Assembly: GCF_001194135.2 (NCBI RefSeq)
Contig: NC_069004.1
Coordinates: 33,546,000 to 33,609,115, forward strand
From: Octopus bimaculoides
Taxonomy: Eukaryota
Direction: 5' to 3'
Length of the DNA: 63,116 bases
A program made the position numbers and the translations under genes. How positions within the stretch are numbered: position 1 is the stretch's first letter; every line of letters starts with the position of its first letter. Below are positions 1 through 11,711 of the stretch, one piece after another. A model generated the notes under the pieces. It worked only from the letters and a program-made list of their open reading frames with translations, did no database searches and had not been told where the DNA came from.

Positions 1-450
<450 letters not shown>

Positions 451-519
451 TGAACAATATCTTTGTATATATCCTGCAATCCCATCTGATGGAATTCTGG
501 TGACCAGGCTCTTTTCAGG

Positions 520-562
520 ATGTTAATTCTAGGTTTGTCGTTAATTTTGCAGATATTTCAAG
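520..562 (+). CDS. Serine protease coding exon 1 (signal peptide MLILGLSLILQIFQ)
   Basis: ATG at 520 just after a ttttcag acceptor; gtaag donor at 563; phase 1 joins exon 2 in frame. Confidence 0.85.
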
Positions 563-3500
563 GTAAGAAATATAATTTTGGTTTTTAATTAAGTTTCCAA
601 AAATGCATTTTCACAATTGCTTCTAATTCAGACACAAGGCCAGCAATTTTGAAGGAAGGGGTTAGATGATTAAATTGACCTCAGTACATGACTGGTACTT
701 TATTTTATCAATCTCCAAGGGACGATAAGCAAAGACAAACTCAATGGAATTTGAATTCAGGACGTAGAGCTGGAAGAAATGTCATTAAACAATTTGTCTG
801 ATGTGTTTATGGTTCTGCCAACTCACCATTTAGTAAGAACAACACTTGCTAAGAATTTTGTTCAGTATGCTAACAATTCTGCCAACTTGCTGCCTTAATA
901 ATAATGATAATAATAATAATAATAATAATAATAGTTTGGGATATGCTTGTCTAAACTGACAAGGAGATTGAGGTGGACCATCCAGACATAATAATAACAG
1001 ATTGGAAAAGCTAAATTACTTGAAAACTGCTGGACATAATGATCCCTTTTGATGGAAATATTGTTTGGGGAGAATTGGAGAAACTATTGAAATACAAGGA
1101 TCGTGAAAATGAAATGTTTAAGTGGTGGGGTATGGAGATTAAAATAATACCAGAGGTAATTTGGAGCGTTAGGCTTGATAAAAAAAAAAGAAATATGGAA
1201 AGAAGAAACACAGAAGCTATACCAGAGCTCATGACAGTATATTTATGTGACGCTGGGAAACTTTTCTTCAAAATTGCCAGAAATTTTCAATATAGATTAG
1301 TAAATATTGCACAATTGAAAGGAATTGAAAGGAAATTTCTGACTCAGATTGTAACAAAAATGCTTGTATTTTAACTCCCAGAGAGTAATTAAAAGAAATT
1401 GAGATATTTAATGACAGTTGTAATTAATAATAAAAAAAATAATTATACATGTAACTGTAGCTGCAATTAAAGATATATTTTGCTGCAGCTTTTAATTAAA
1501 TATCCTTTATACATGGTGTGGCTGTGTGTTAAGAAGTTTGCTTCACAACCACATGGTTCTGAGTTCAGTCCTACTGTATGGTACCTTGGGTAAGTGTCTT
1601 CTACTACAGCCTCTGGCTGACCAAAGATTTGTGAGTGGATTTGGTAGATGGAAACTGAAAGAAGCTCATCCTGTGTGTCTGTGTGTCTTTGTTAGTCTTA
1701 CACCAATGCTTGACAACCGGTGTTGGTGTGTTTATATCCTGGTAACTTAGCAGTTCAACGAAAGAGACTAATACACTAAATACCAGACTTAAAAAGTGAA
1801 AAATAAGTGCTGGGGCCAATTCATTCGACTAGAAATCATTGAAGATGGTACCCCAGCATGGCCACAGATACAAGAGAAAATGTAATCTCAGCTGTAATTA
1901 AAAGAGGTTTTTACATATAGCAACTGATGTAATTAAAAATATTAAATGTAGAACCTTAGCTATAATTACAAAATAATATACTCTGATCTAATTAAAAATT
2001 TATGCTTGTAATCATTGATGTAATTAAAAGCAGTTTATGTACGAGGGGGTACCCCCCCCCCCACAAACTGGAAGTTTGCAATATTATTTTATTCACTTAG
2101 TTTTACATGTTTACACTTAGTTTTTTCCTTCTCAGTCTTCTCCATTTGAAGCAATGCCTTGGCTCAGGAGCGTTTCCCACTGTTCAAAGCAGTCCTGGAA
2201 CTCTTGTGAAGTGATGCTTGTGTTTTGATCGTGGTAGCATCCTTGTAAGTTGCAAGGCTAAAAAAGAAAAAAAAGCCCTGAAGGCAGTGCTCCAGCGTGG
2301 TCGTAGTTAAATGACTGAAACAAGTAAAAGGAAAGAATATACATGTGCTTGAATGTATGCATGAGTGTAACACACTCCAGAGCCAAAGATCTTTCCTCTA
2401 CCTCTCTGTCTCTATCTCTCCCCTCTCTCTATCTATCTATCAATCCCTTTCTCTCTTTCTATCTATCTGTCTGTCTGTCTATCTATCTCTCTCTCTCTAT
2501 TAATCTACCTATCAATCCCTTTCTCTCTCTATCTATCTATCAATCCCTTTCTCTCTCTATCTCTCTATCAATCCCTTTCTCTCTCTCTCCGTCTGTCTAT
2601 CTGTTTCTCTTTCTGTCTGTCTGTCTGTTTGTCTATCTGTCTCTCTCTCTCTCTCTATCAATCTACCTATCTCTCTGTCTGTCTCTCTATCTATTTTTTG
2701 TTGTAGTGTTGGCGAGTTCCAGGATAAGTTATATAGTTGCCGGTCGGAAGGTGGCCGAGTGTGAACAGCCATACATTGTCCATTTGCTGATTACAAAGAC
2801 CAGCAACGAGAACTTCAACTGTGCTGGGACGATCGTGGATAACAGCCACATAATCACAGCGGCTCATTGTATGTGAGTAATGAATTTTGTTAATCTCTAC
2901 AAACAACTCTGGTGTCAGGTAAAAAGCACCTGTGCTCAGTGCCGCATAAAAGCACCTGGCCTGGTGTCAGGTACAAAAGCACCCGTGTCCGGTGCCACAT
3001 AAAAAGCACTTGAACTGGTGACATGTAAAATGCATTTGTGTTGGTTCTGCACATAAAGCACCCATGCTGGTACTGGTTCCACATACAAATGCACCCAGTA
3101 CACTGTGTAAAGTGGTTGGCATTTGGAAGGGCATCCAGTTGTAGAAACCATGCCAAAAACAAACGATTGGAGTCGTATGTAGTGAAAATGAGTTGTACCT
3201 GTAATTCAATGGGCCATCCTTATATCACATTCTCAGTCATGCTGAAGAATCTGCCCGGGAACTACTTTAATGGCAGGTATGTCTGTGGAGTACTCAGCCA
3301 CTTGCATGTTAATTTCACAAGCAGGCTGTTCCGTAGATTGGATCAACTGGAACCCTCAGTGTTGTAACCGACAGAGCGGCAGTTGACCAGCTCCAGTTCA
3401 ACCATGCAACGAATGCCAGCATGGAAGACGGACGTTAAAAGATGGTGATGATGATGATGGTGGTGATGGTGATGATGATGATGGTGGTGATGGTGATGAT

Positions 3501-4507
3501 GATGATTTGTACTCCATTTCAGCTCCAGTGATGTGAAATATGTCTACATTCTGTATGGTTCAGTTTCAAAGTCGAAGTTTACGTCTATCGTCCGCGTTTC
3601 CAACTACACTGTACACAAGATGTTCGAGAAAACGGACGACAACATCTGTGAGTATTTAATGGGGATATTTCTCACTGGTTCCTTCATCCTTTGGGCACTG
3701 ATTCCCAGGTGGGGGGGGGGGGTAAGGAAAGAGTGAGAGTGTGTGAGTGAAAGAGAGAGAGAGGCAGAGAAAGGAGGAGGGGCTGAGAGAGTTACATAGA
3801 TATAAAGAGGTTGATATAGAGTGAATGATTTAGAGAGAGGGAAAGAAAGTGAAGATAGATAGATAGATAAAGATAGACAGACAGAGACACAGATAGATAC
3901 AGCAAAACTTAACAGGTGTTCAACGCCAATTAGAAAACCATTAAAAGATCAATATTTAACAAAAAACTATTTTAGTTCCTAAACAATGGCATTCACTCCT
4001 TTAGAATGGAACGGCTGCCAGAAAAACATATTTAGAAATCAAGAAATGATAAAAGAAAATCAAAAAAGTAATCCAAGGCTAGGCATAACCATTGATTGAG
4101 AAATTTCCTTCATAAGCATGTTGTTCTGGATTCGGTGTCATTATGTGGCACCCAGATGTCTACTACACCAGTCTCTGGTGCACCTGTACCTTATCAACGG
4201 AATTTGGTTGATGGAAACTGTGTGGAAGCCTTGTGTTTGTTAATGTACGTATGAATGTGTTTGTGAATTGGCCTGTCTCATGGGTCACACACACCTTTTA
4301 TTTGTTTCAATCATTAGACTGTGGCCATGCTGGGGCACCACCTCGAAGAATTTGTAGCCTAATAAATGGACCCCTGTGCCCCCCCCCCTTTTTTACAGCT
4401 TATTTTATTAGTTGCTTTTATATATATATATATATATATCTACTCTCTCCCAACACTGACATATATTTCCTGCATATGTATATCTGTCTATCTATCAATC
4501 TATGTAT

Positions 4508-4570
<63 letters not shown>

Positions 4571-7055
4571 GTATGTATGTATTATTTTACCGTTGTCTTT
4601 ATTTCAGTGAATGATGTTGCCCTCCTGACCCTCAGCACACCACTGCAGTTCAATAAATGCCTGCAGCCCGTTCAGTTGGCCACAGCTTGTGAGAAATATC
4701 AGGGAGACTGTCTCATCTCAGGATGGGGGAAAACAAGCAGTAAGACCTTTACACCAACCACTCTCTCTCTCCATTTTTAATTACACTTTCTTTGTCACTG
4801 TTTCTCATCCTTTATCTCTAAGATGTGCACACACACACACACATATATATGCATACTCATATCTTTACTTACTTATATCCTCACACAGGCACGCACAGAG
4901 ACATATGCACATACATACATACTCATATACACTCACAAACAGCTGTAGAAACATTGCCAGATCAGATTGGAGCCTGGTGCAGTCTTTATAAGTAATATTC
5001 TAAAAGAATATATAATTGAACTTATGTTGAGTGCTCAATTATCTTGAGCAAATAAATGTGTATATACGTGATTTTATATTATTAATTCATCAATAATATA
5101 TTTAGGAAATCAATATTTAGTATTTCAAAAGATATATATCCAACATAACATGGTAGCATAATAAATTTAAAAGTTTAAAACATAAAAATAAAAATACGGA
5201 ATATAAATATCGATACATATAAAAATCTAAAAATAGATAAATATATGTTTAAATATATATGCGTATAGGTTTACAGTTATCAGGTAGGCACTTTAAATTT
5301 CTTTTAAAACATTTTATTACATTTAATTTCTTACAAATTGGAAAGTGAGCTTGACAAAATTAGCATAGAATAAGGGTTTCATATTTTTTTATAATTAAGA
5401 TCTAAACTGTTAATATATGAATGCAGAAGAGATATTTGAATAACTGTAAACCTACTTTTGGGCCACTCTGTGTATATATACATATATATAAAAAACCCAT
5501 TTCTTTCCTTTTCAAAGCTTTAGGTGAAGAGCCAGACACTCTACAGACAGCAGAAGTATCGCTGATGGACCAAGGCAAATGTGCAGCTCATTTGGCAATC
5601 AAGGAACAGCAGATATGTGTTGGTACAGGGAAAGTCAACAGTGAAGCTATTTGTCGGGTAGGACACGAGAACTTATTCATGCATTTTATATTGTAAATAA
5701 CAGGGTCCTTACTCATAGGTTTCCAGAGCATGTCTAAGAGTGAGGATGACAAAACAGTGTCTGTCCCTTGATGTAGAACAAAATACCAGAAGCAGCATTT
5801 CTCAGCTTCAGCCCTTAACAGTCTTGCATCTATAAATATAAATTTTTCTTTCGGGTGCAGCCCCCTAGAAAAAATTCAGCCTGGATATCAAATAGGCTCA
5901 GAGCCACTGATTTAAAGAGACTTTGTTGAGAATAAAAATCCCGTTTTGTTGGTTTGCCTGTTAAGGATATATACTTTGTTGGATACTTTGCTGTACACTG
6001 ATGTATATTTATATATATATCACACATACATATATATATATACACCGTAACGTTTTGATATTTTGTGTTTGTTCTATGTAGAACAAATGTTACATTTTAA
6101 CCCCAAGAAAACATCTTTTCTGCTGGTTTCAAAATTTTATGGTTTAGTACTGTTACTACATAGATCTCTTTCAGAGATTTTAAACCTGGCTCTTTTATCT
6201 TTATATATATATAATTAGCACATGAAAACACATTCGAGCAAGGTCGTTGCCAGTGCAGGTGGCATGTAAAAACACCATTTTGAGCGTGACCGTTGCCAGT
6301 ACCTCCTGACTGGTCTTCGTGCTGGTGGCATATTACTCTACATCTGGTATTTGAGTACTATTATTTTTCTACCTTCTTTCACATTTACATGCTTACTCCG
6401 GTGTGCAGGTTCAGAAGAAGGAGTAAATAGATTACATCAACCCCAGTACACAACTGGTATTTTATTTTATCGATTCCAAAAGAACGAGAGGCAAAGTTGA
6501 CCTTGGCAGAATTTAAACTTAGAATGTAAAAACAGACAAAATGTCTCTAAGCCTTACCATAACTTTTTAAATATTGTTGCTTATTAGAAAGTTACTATTT
6601 TTAAATTTCAGAACATGAGATATTCAGCAGTAAAGATTGTTTGACCAACATAACATGGCAGTCCTGGTTTAGGATGAATGTTGCTGTAATTTAGCCCCAG
6701 GAGACATCATCTCCAGCTGGCTATAAGGACATAGATCGTATCATATAGCCAGCTGGAGACAATATCTCCTGGGGCTAAATTACAGCAACATCTGTCCTAA
6801 ACCAGGACTGCAATGTTATGTTGGCAAACAATCTTTGCTCCATTGGTGCTTATGTATTAACCTTTTTTCTTGTGTTCTTCTATTCCACAGGGAGACTCTG
6901 GAGGTCCGCTAGTTTGTACAAGTGCCAAAGACGGCAGCAGGGTCCTTGTGGGTGTTGCATCTTTTGGCTGGACCTGTACCGAAGGGGTATCAGTTTTCGC
7001 ACGAGTCTCATATTTCAAAGACTGGATTAAAACCAATCTGAGATCTTGGAATTAA
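520..7055 (+). CDS. Secreted S1A (chymotrypsin-like) serine protease, complete 6-exon CDS, 254 aa
   Basis: Exons 520-562, 2707-2872, 3523-3647, 4608-4739, 5524-5657, 6891-7055 (765 nt; intron phases 1,2,1,1,0; all GT-AG). Signal peptide MLILGLSLILQIFQVLA, mature N-terminus IVAG, motifs TAAHC, NDVALL, GWG, GDSGGPLVC, VFARV. Confidence 0.95.
934..1200 (+). mobile_element. Decayed R4/Dong-like non-LTR retrotransposon fragment (restriction-like endonuclease region)
   Basis: Frameshifted WD...TDKEIEVDHPDIII...IPFDGNIV..ELEKLLKYKD...WGM..KIIP resembles the REL consensus WD..I.TD.....RPD..........IP...N.....EK..KY; directly follows a (TAA)n tract. Confidence 0.7.
1516..1880 (+). mobile_element. tRNA-derived SINE, family b (gtgtggctgtgtggtaag...ggttcagtccca...tgactgaaacaagt)
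   Basis: Many similar copies in the window (e.g. 21678-22050 -, 43470-43835 -, 51905-52146 -, 59150-59500 +, 33540-33700 -, 13230-13360 -). Confidence 0.85.
2040..2220 (-). mobile_element. Mariner transposon 3' end fragment with terminal repeat
   Basis: Minus strand SITSQEFQDCFEQWETLLSQGIASNGED* resembles a mariner C-terminus; ends in TA-CGAGGGG terminal sequence at 2040. Confidence 0.7.
2707..2872 (+). CDS. Serine protease exon 2 (activation peptide, IVAG, catalytic His)
   Basis: LASSRISYIVAG...FNCAGT...TAAHC; ttgtag acceptor, gtgagt donor. Confidence 0.95.
3523..3647 (+). CDS. Serine protease exon 3
   Basis: SSDVKYVYILYGS...YTVHKMFEKTDDNI; tttcag acceptor, gtgagt donor; phases fit both neighbours. 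Confidence 0.9.
4608..4739 (+). CDS. Serine protease exon 4 (catalytic Asp)
   Basis: LNDVALLTLSTPLQFNKCLQPVQL...CLISGWGKTS; tttcag acceptor, gtaag donor. Confidence 0.95.
5524..5657 (+). CDS. Serine protease exon 5
   Basis: EEPDTLQTAEVSLMDQGKC...QICVG...EAICR; ctttag acceptor, gtagga donor. Confidence 0.93.
6632..6836. repeat. Long inverted repeat (~93-nt arms, 18-nt loop)
   Basis: aaagattgtttg...gctggctata / tatagccagc...caaacaatcttt are near-perfect reverse complements. Confidence 0.9.
6891..7055 (+). CDS. Serine protease exon 6 (catalytic Ser, stop)
   Basis: GDSGGPLVC...GVASFGWTC...VFARVSYFKDWIKTNLRSWN*; ccacag acceptor. Confidence 0.97.
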   Translation, partial: GDSGGPLVCTSAKDGSRVLVGVASFGWTCTEGVSVFARVSYFKDWIKTNLRSWN

Positions 7056-10000
7056 GTTGGATTTCAAACCAGTTTGAACTACTTCTTTCATTTTGGACAA
7101 CAACAACAACAACGGTTTCAAATTTTGCCACAAGAGTAGCCATTTTGGAAGAGGGAATGAGTCAATTACATTGACCCTGGAAGGATGAAAGGCAAAGTCG
7201 ACCTCGGCGGAATTTGAACCTAGAACATTGCGATGGGCGAAATACTACTAAGCATTTTGTCCAGTGTGCTAACGATTCTGCCAGCTCACCACCTTAAAAT
7301 AAGTACCAGTTGAACACTGGGGGTTGGTGTGATCAACTCCTCCCCTCCCCTCCTCACAAAATTGCTGCCCTTGTGGCGAAAAATTTGAAACCAGTAATAA
7401 TTAATAAATATTGCAATGATGGCCCCTTTTTTTCTTAATAAAATGATACATCTGCACACATAAATCTGTCTCCAGTTTATTTCTTCATAAGGAATTAAGA
7501 TGGCATTGCTTTCAGTACTTCCTACCTCCATGTTTTTACTTTACATACCACTAAAAGAAAATAATTGTATCTCCACTTTAGAGACACCAGATGTCAAATT
7601 TTTTTTTTATTTCTCCACTTTAGAGACATCAGATCTTTGATTTTGAGAGAAAAATTTTTGAAAAGCTGATGTCTCTAAAGTGCCAAAACTTGGAAAAGTT
7701 GTTAAGAGGGGGGTGGGGGTGGGGTGTAACTCTTATCAGTATAAATTCAACATGACCCTAAGCATGCCTCACCAAAGTATTACCATGCCCCACGTTGGGA
7801 ATCACAGTGAGCAATTTTGTGGGGAGATGCAGTTGATTACGTTGACTCTAGTACTTGATGGGTACTTTATCAGCCCCTGAAAGGTGAAAAGCAAATTTGA
7901 CCGTGGCAAGATTTGAACTCAGAATATAAACAACTAGAAAAAAATGCTACAAAGTATTTTATTCAAAGTTCTAATAATTTTGACAGCTTGATACCTTAAT
8001 AATAATAATAATCATCCTTCCTGTTCTGGGGGAGAAGGCCCCTCAGCGGAATTTGAACTCAGAACGATTCTGCCAGCTGGCTGTCTTCTAAATAATTGCC
8101 CATGGGCATATGGCGTAGTGGTTAAGATTCCAAGTTCGATTCCAGGCAGTGACATGAATAATAATAATAATAATAACATTGAAAAAATACCTTAGAAATG
8201 AGAACCCAGGTTCGAAATTTCCCCAAGACACCCGAAGAAGGCTGGAGGGTACATCAGCCGAAATGTTGTGTTAACAACAAACAAGATGGGGACAAATATC
8301 CATCAAATGTAAATAATAGGCCTGTAAAAGCACAATGCCTGAAATTTTAGGGAAGTGGGGACAGCTAGTTGAAAACAATGGCCCCCAGTGCATAACTGGT
8401 ACTTATTTTATGGACCCTGAAAGGCAAAGTTGATCTTGGTGGCATTTGAACCGTGAATGTAAAGACAGATGAAATGCTGCTAAGCATTTTACCAGTTCAC
8501 CATCTTAATAAGTAAGAATGGTTTCAAATTTTAGAACAAGGCCAGCAATTTTGACTCCAAAAAGTATAAAAGTCAACCTTGGTGGAATTTGAACTTGGAA
8601 TGAAAGGAAATGAAATGCCACGAAGCATTTTACCTGTTGTGCTAATGATTCTACCAGCTTGCTGACTTCCGAAAAACACCTACAATTTTCAATGGAAGAC
8701 AATTTAGAACCATGGGAACACAAGGTACAAAATATTCAGTGGACAACAGGTACATGCACAAAAAGCCCATCAAATGTATTCCATCCCACCTTCAGCTGCT
8801 TATCGGATATCATTATGATAGCTGAATGATAACCATTCAACCTGGGAGAGTCAAAACTGCCTGGAAATGAACAAAGTTGGTTCAAATATTAGTACAAAGT
8901 CCATTGTGTTTTACATCTAGTTACTGTTACAAAACATAAATAATATAAAATTGATTAAAATAAACCATAATGAAAATATTCATTATATAAACAACCTGGG
9001 ACCCATATGTAGCAAAGACTTGTCCCTTCATTTAATTGCTGTTTGTAATCTACAAATGAAGGTTCAGAATTGTGTAATAGGATAAACAAGTGTCAAAGTC
9101 ATTCGTTTACAATTTTCCATAAAAACATGTCTTGCTACAGGGAAGTATAACCTTGCAGGGAAGCTGGAGGTGGTTGGCAACAGGAAGGACACCTGTGGGG
9201 AAATTTGCTTTAACAAATTCCAAATTCCACCTGACTCAAGCAAGAACGGAAAAGACATTGAAGCGGCAACGAACGATTGTTTATTTCTTGCAAAGTCAGC
9301 AAGAGAGTCATTAAAAAAAGAGATGTCAGGTTAAAAAAAAAACCTTTATTTGTCTTCAATTAGATAAAAACAGCAATAGTTACTTATACATGAAAATATT
9401 AAATTAACCGAATCCCCCAATTAGGGATGATAATGGTGTCAGTGATGTGGAGTGGCAGTTTTGATGAAAGTGAAGTCAAACGAGCAAGTAATAGATAAAT
9501 AATTAGATATAAAGCTGGATACACACACACACATATATATAACTCGATATACAGCTACATGCACACACACACTCTCTCACAACTTGATATATTAGCACAC
9601 ATACATATTTAAGAAATTTTCCAAGAGCTCTAAGGCTCATAAATGCCAGTTTCAATGACATATAACTGAGATCACAATACTGCTCTCTGAAAGGCCCGCC
9701 AGTCCATTGCAGGGTTGAAGGCGAGACTGGACTTTATCTAGCCCAAAGGGATGAAAGGCAGATTTCACCATAGCCATGTTTTAACTAAGAATGTTAACAA
9801 CCAGGATTAACACCATCTTGTTTGACATGTTAATGATTCTGCCATCTTGCAGCCATATATATGTATATATATAAATAAATGTAGATGTATTTTATTTTTA
9901 GAAGGAAAAGCTTGACAGTGACAATAACTACAAGATCTGGCATAGATCTCTTCACCAGGTCATAAAATACTTTTGATTTTCCAAGTTGCATATACATGTT

Positions 10001-10567
10001 TTAGTTCATCTGATGGGTGGAGCAATGTAGTTGCAAAATAGCCAGAGAAAGGCAACTTGGAGTCACTGCTAATGTTTTCCATGTAAAAATAAAATACATG
10101 ACACTCTTCTTACACATGCATACACACACACACATCTTCATATAGCATCCAATTTTCCATTTTTGCATGAATTAGATGGAATATATTAAAGTAAATTTTC
10201 TACAACCTGGGGCCCTTGTTCTCATCAACCCTTACCTGTTTTCAGGCAAGATGATATTTTCCACAAAACACTGCATATAGACATCAAATATATATATAAA
10301 TAGATAGATAGTGATATATAAATATTATACATACAGACATGTATACAATATACGTAGACCTTCATATATAGACATACAATACACACACACACACACAATA
10401 CATACAGCCATAGTTAAAAATAAGCACCTCCACCCAACAAAGCCAGCATCCAAAGATAAGTTACAGGGTAGTTGCTATTTCGTGCCTAAATATGTATATA
10501 TATTACTTATGAGAGAAAGGAAAAAATTCATTTGTAAAAAATAAAATAAAAAGNNNNNNNNNNATAC

Positions 10568-10604
<37 letters not shown>

Positions 10605-10627
10605 CATACATATATATATATATATAT

Positions 10628-10682
<55 letters not shown>

Positions 10683-11184
10683 ATACATACAGCCATAGTT
10701 AAAAATAAGCACCTCCACCCAACAAAGCCAGCATCCAAAGATAAGTTACAGGGTAGTTGCTATTTCGTGCCTAAATATGTATATATATTACTTATGAGAG
10801 AAAGGAAAAAATTCATTTGTAAAAAATAAAATAAAAAGCAAATCAACAGCAACAACAGAGACAAACAGAGCAGAGTTGATCAGGACATGTTTGACAAACA
10901 AAGCCGGAAACTGATTAACTCTTCTGGTATTACCATGGTAACAAAGAATCCTGATGCTGCAAGGTGGTCGATGACAACGGTGATGAAAGAATGAAGTAAA
11001 AAGGGAAATGGTTGCCACATGGTGCCATTTAAGTGTGGATGAGGAGGTGGGGCAGTTTGAGAGGTCATGCATGAGGTCAGTTGCAGTGGTTCGGAGATGA
11101 AAGGTCAACAATGGAACATTAGGTACGAGATGTCAGCAAGGGCAGGTCAGGTATGAGAGGTCCACAAAACAGATGAGTGACTGG

Positions 11185-11490
11185 TCATCCATTGGACACC
11201 TCGGAGAAGCTGCCACTGGTGTCTCCCTCACTTGAAGACAAATTGCCATGTAGTTCTATGGAATCGGTCTGCACTTGGCTGCTGCTGTTAGAGGTGATGG
11301 TGGTGCCCCTGGACAATGTGATGTCCCCATTGCTGGAGAGCTGGTTCACGTTATTCCCCTCTTCACTGACATTAGCACCCCTACCATCACGGTTGCCGAT
11401 GCCATCCATATTACTGCTTCCTCGGACGATTCCCAGCTTCTTTTCAATCAATGTCAGACGTTCGTTGAGGCTTATCAGGATACACTTGAT
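11185..11490 (-). CDS. Mis18: Mis18 last coding exon (helix plus Ser/Asn/Gly-rich tail)
   Basis: ctacag acceptor after a (CT)n tract; open to stop at 11185. Confidence 0.8.
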   Translation of the reverse strand: MKCILISLNERLTLIEKKLGIVRGSSNMDGIGNRDGRGANVSEEGNNVNQLSSNGDITLSRGTTITSNSSSQVQTDSIELHGNLSSSEGDTSGSFSEVSNG

Positions 11491-11677
11491 CTGTAGAGAG
11501 AGAGAGAGTGAGGTAAAGACATGGTATTGGAAGACAAGTATCACTGTTATTATCGATTACCTACAGAGTATCCTAAACCACAAAATCTGTTGTTATCCAT
11601 ATTAATACAACAGGATATTTACCTGCAATTTCTAGCAGGCTAACAATAGATGACCCTACCCTCTAGTAGGTAGCAAA

Positions 11678-11711
<34 letters not shown>

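Noticed and set aside
1039-1374. 111-aa ORF as a nested host gene
   Set aside because: Better explained as a frameshifted retroelement endonuclease remnant.
8107-8150. tRNA gene-like A/B boxes (also at many SINE heads)
   Set aside because: Truncated, no cloverleaf, and attached to repeat bodies; these are tRNA-derived SINE heads.
10379-10838. Exact ~175-bp direct repeat on both sides of a 10-N gap
   Set aside because: Identical copies flanking a minimal gap are typical of unmerged contig overlap, not a biological duplication.
11618-11640. Possible 9-nt Mis18 microexon before a cag|gtaaat donor
   Set aside because: Sequence belongs to the dispersed tttctagcag repeat seen at several other places in the window.
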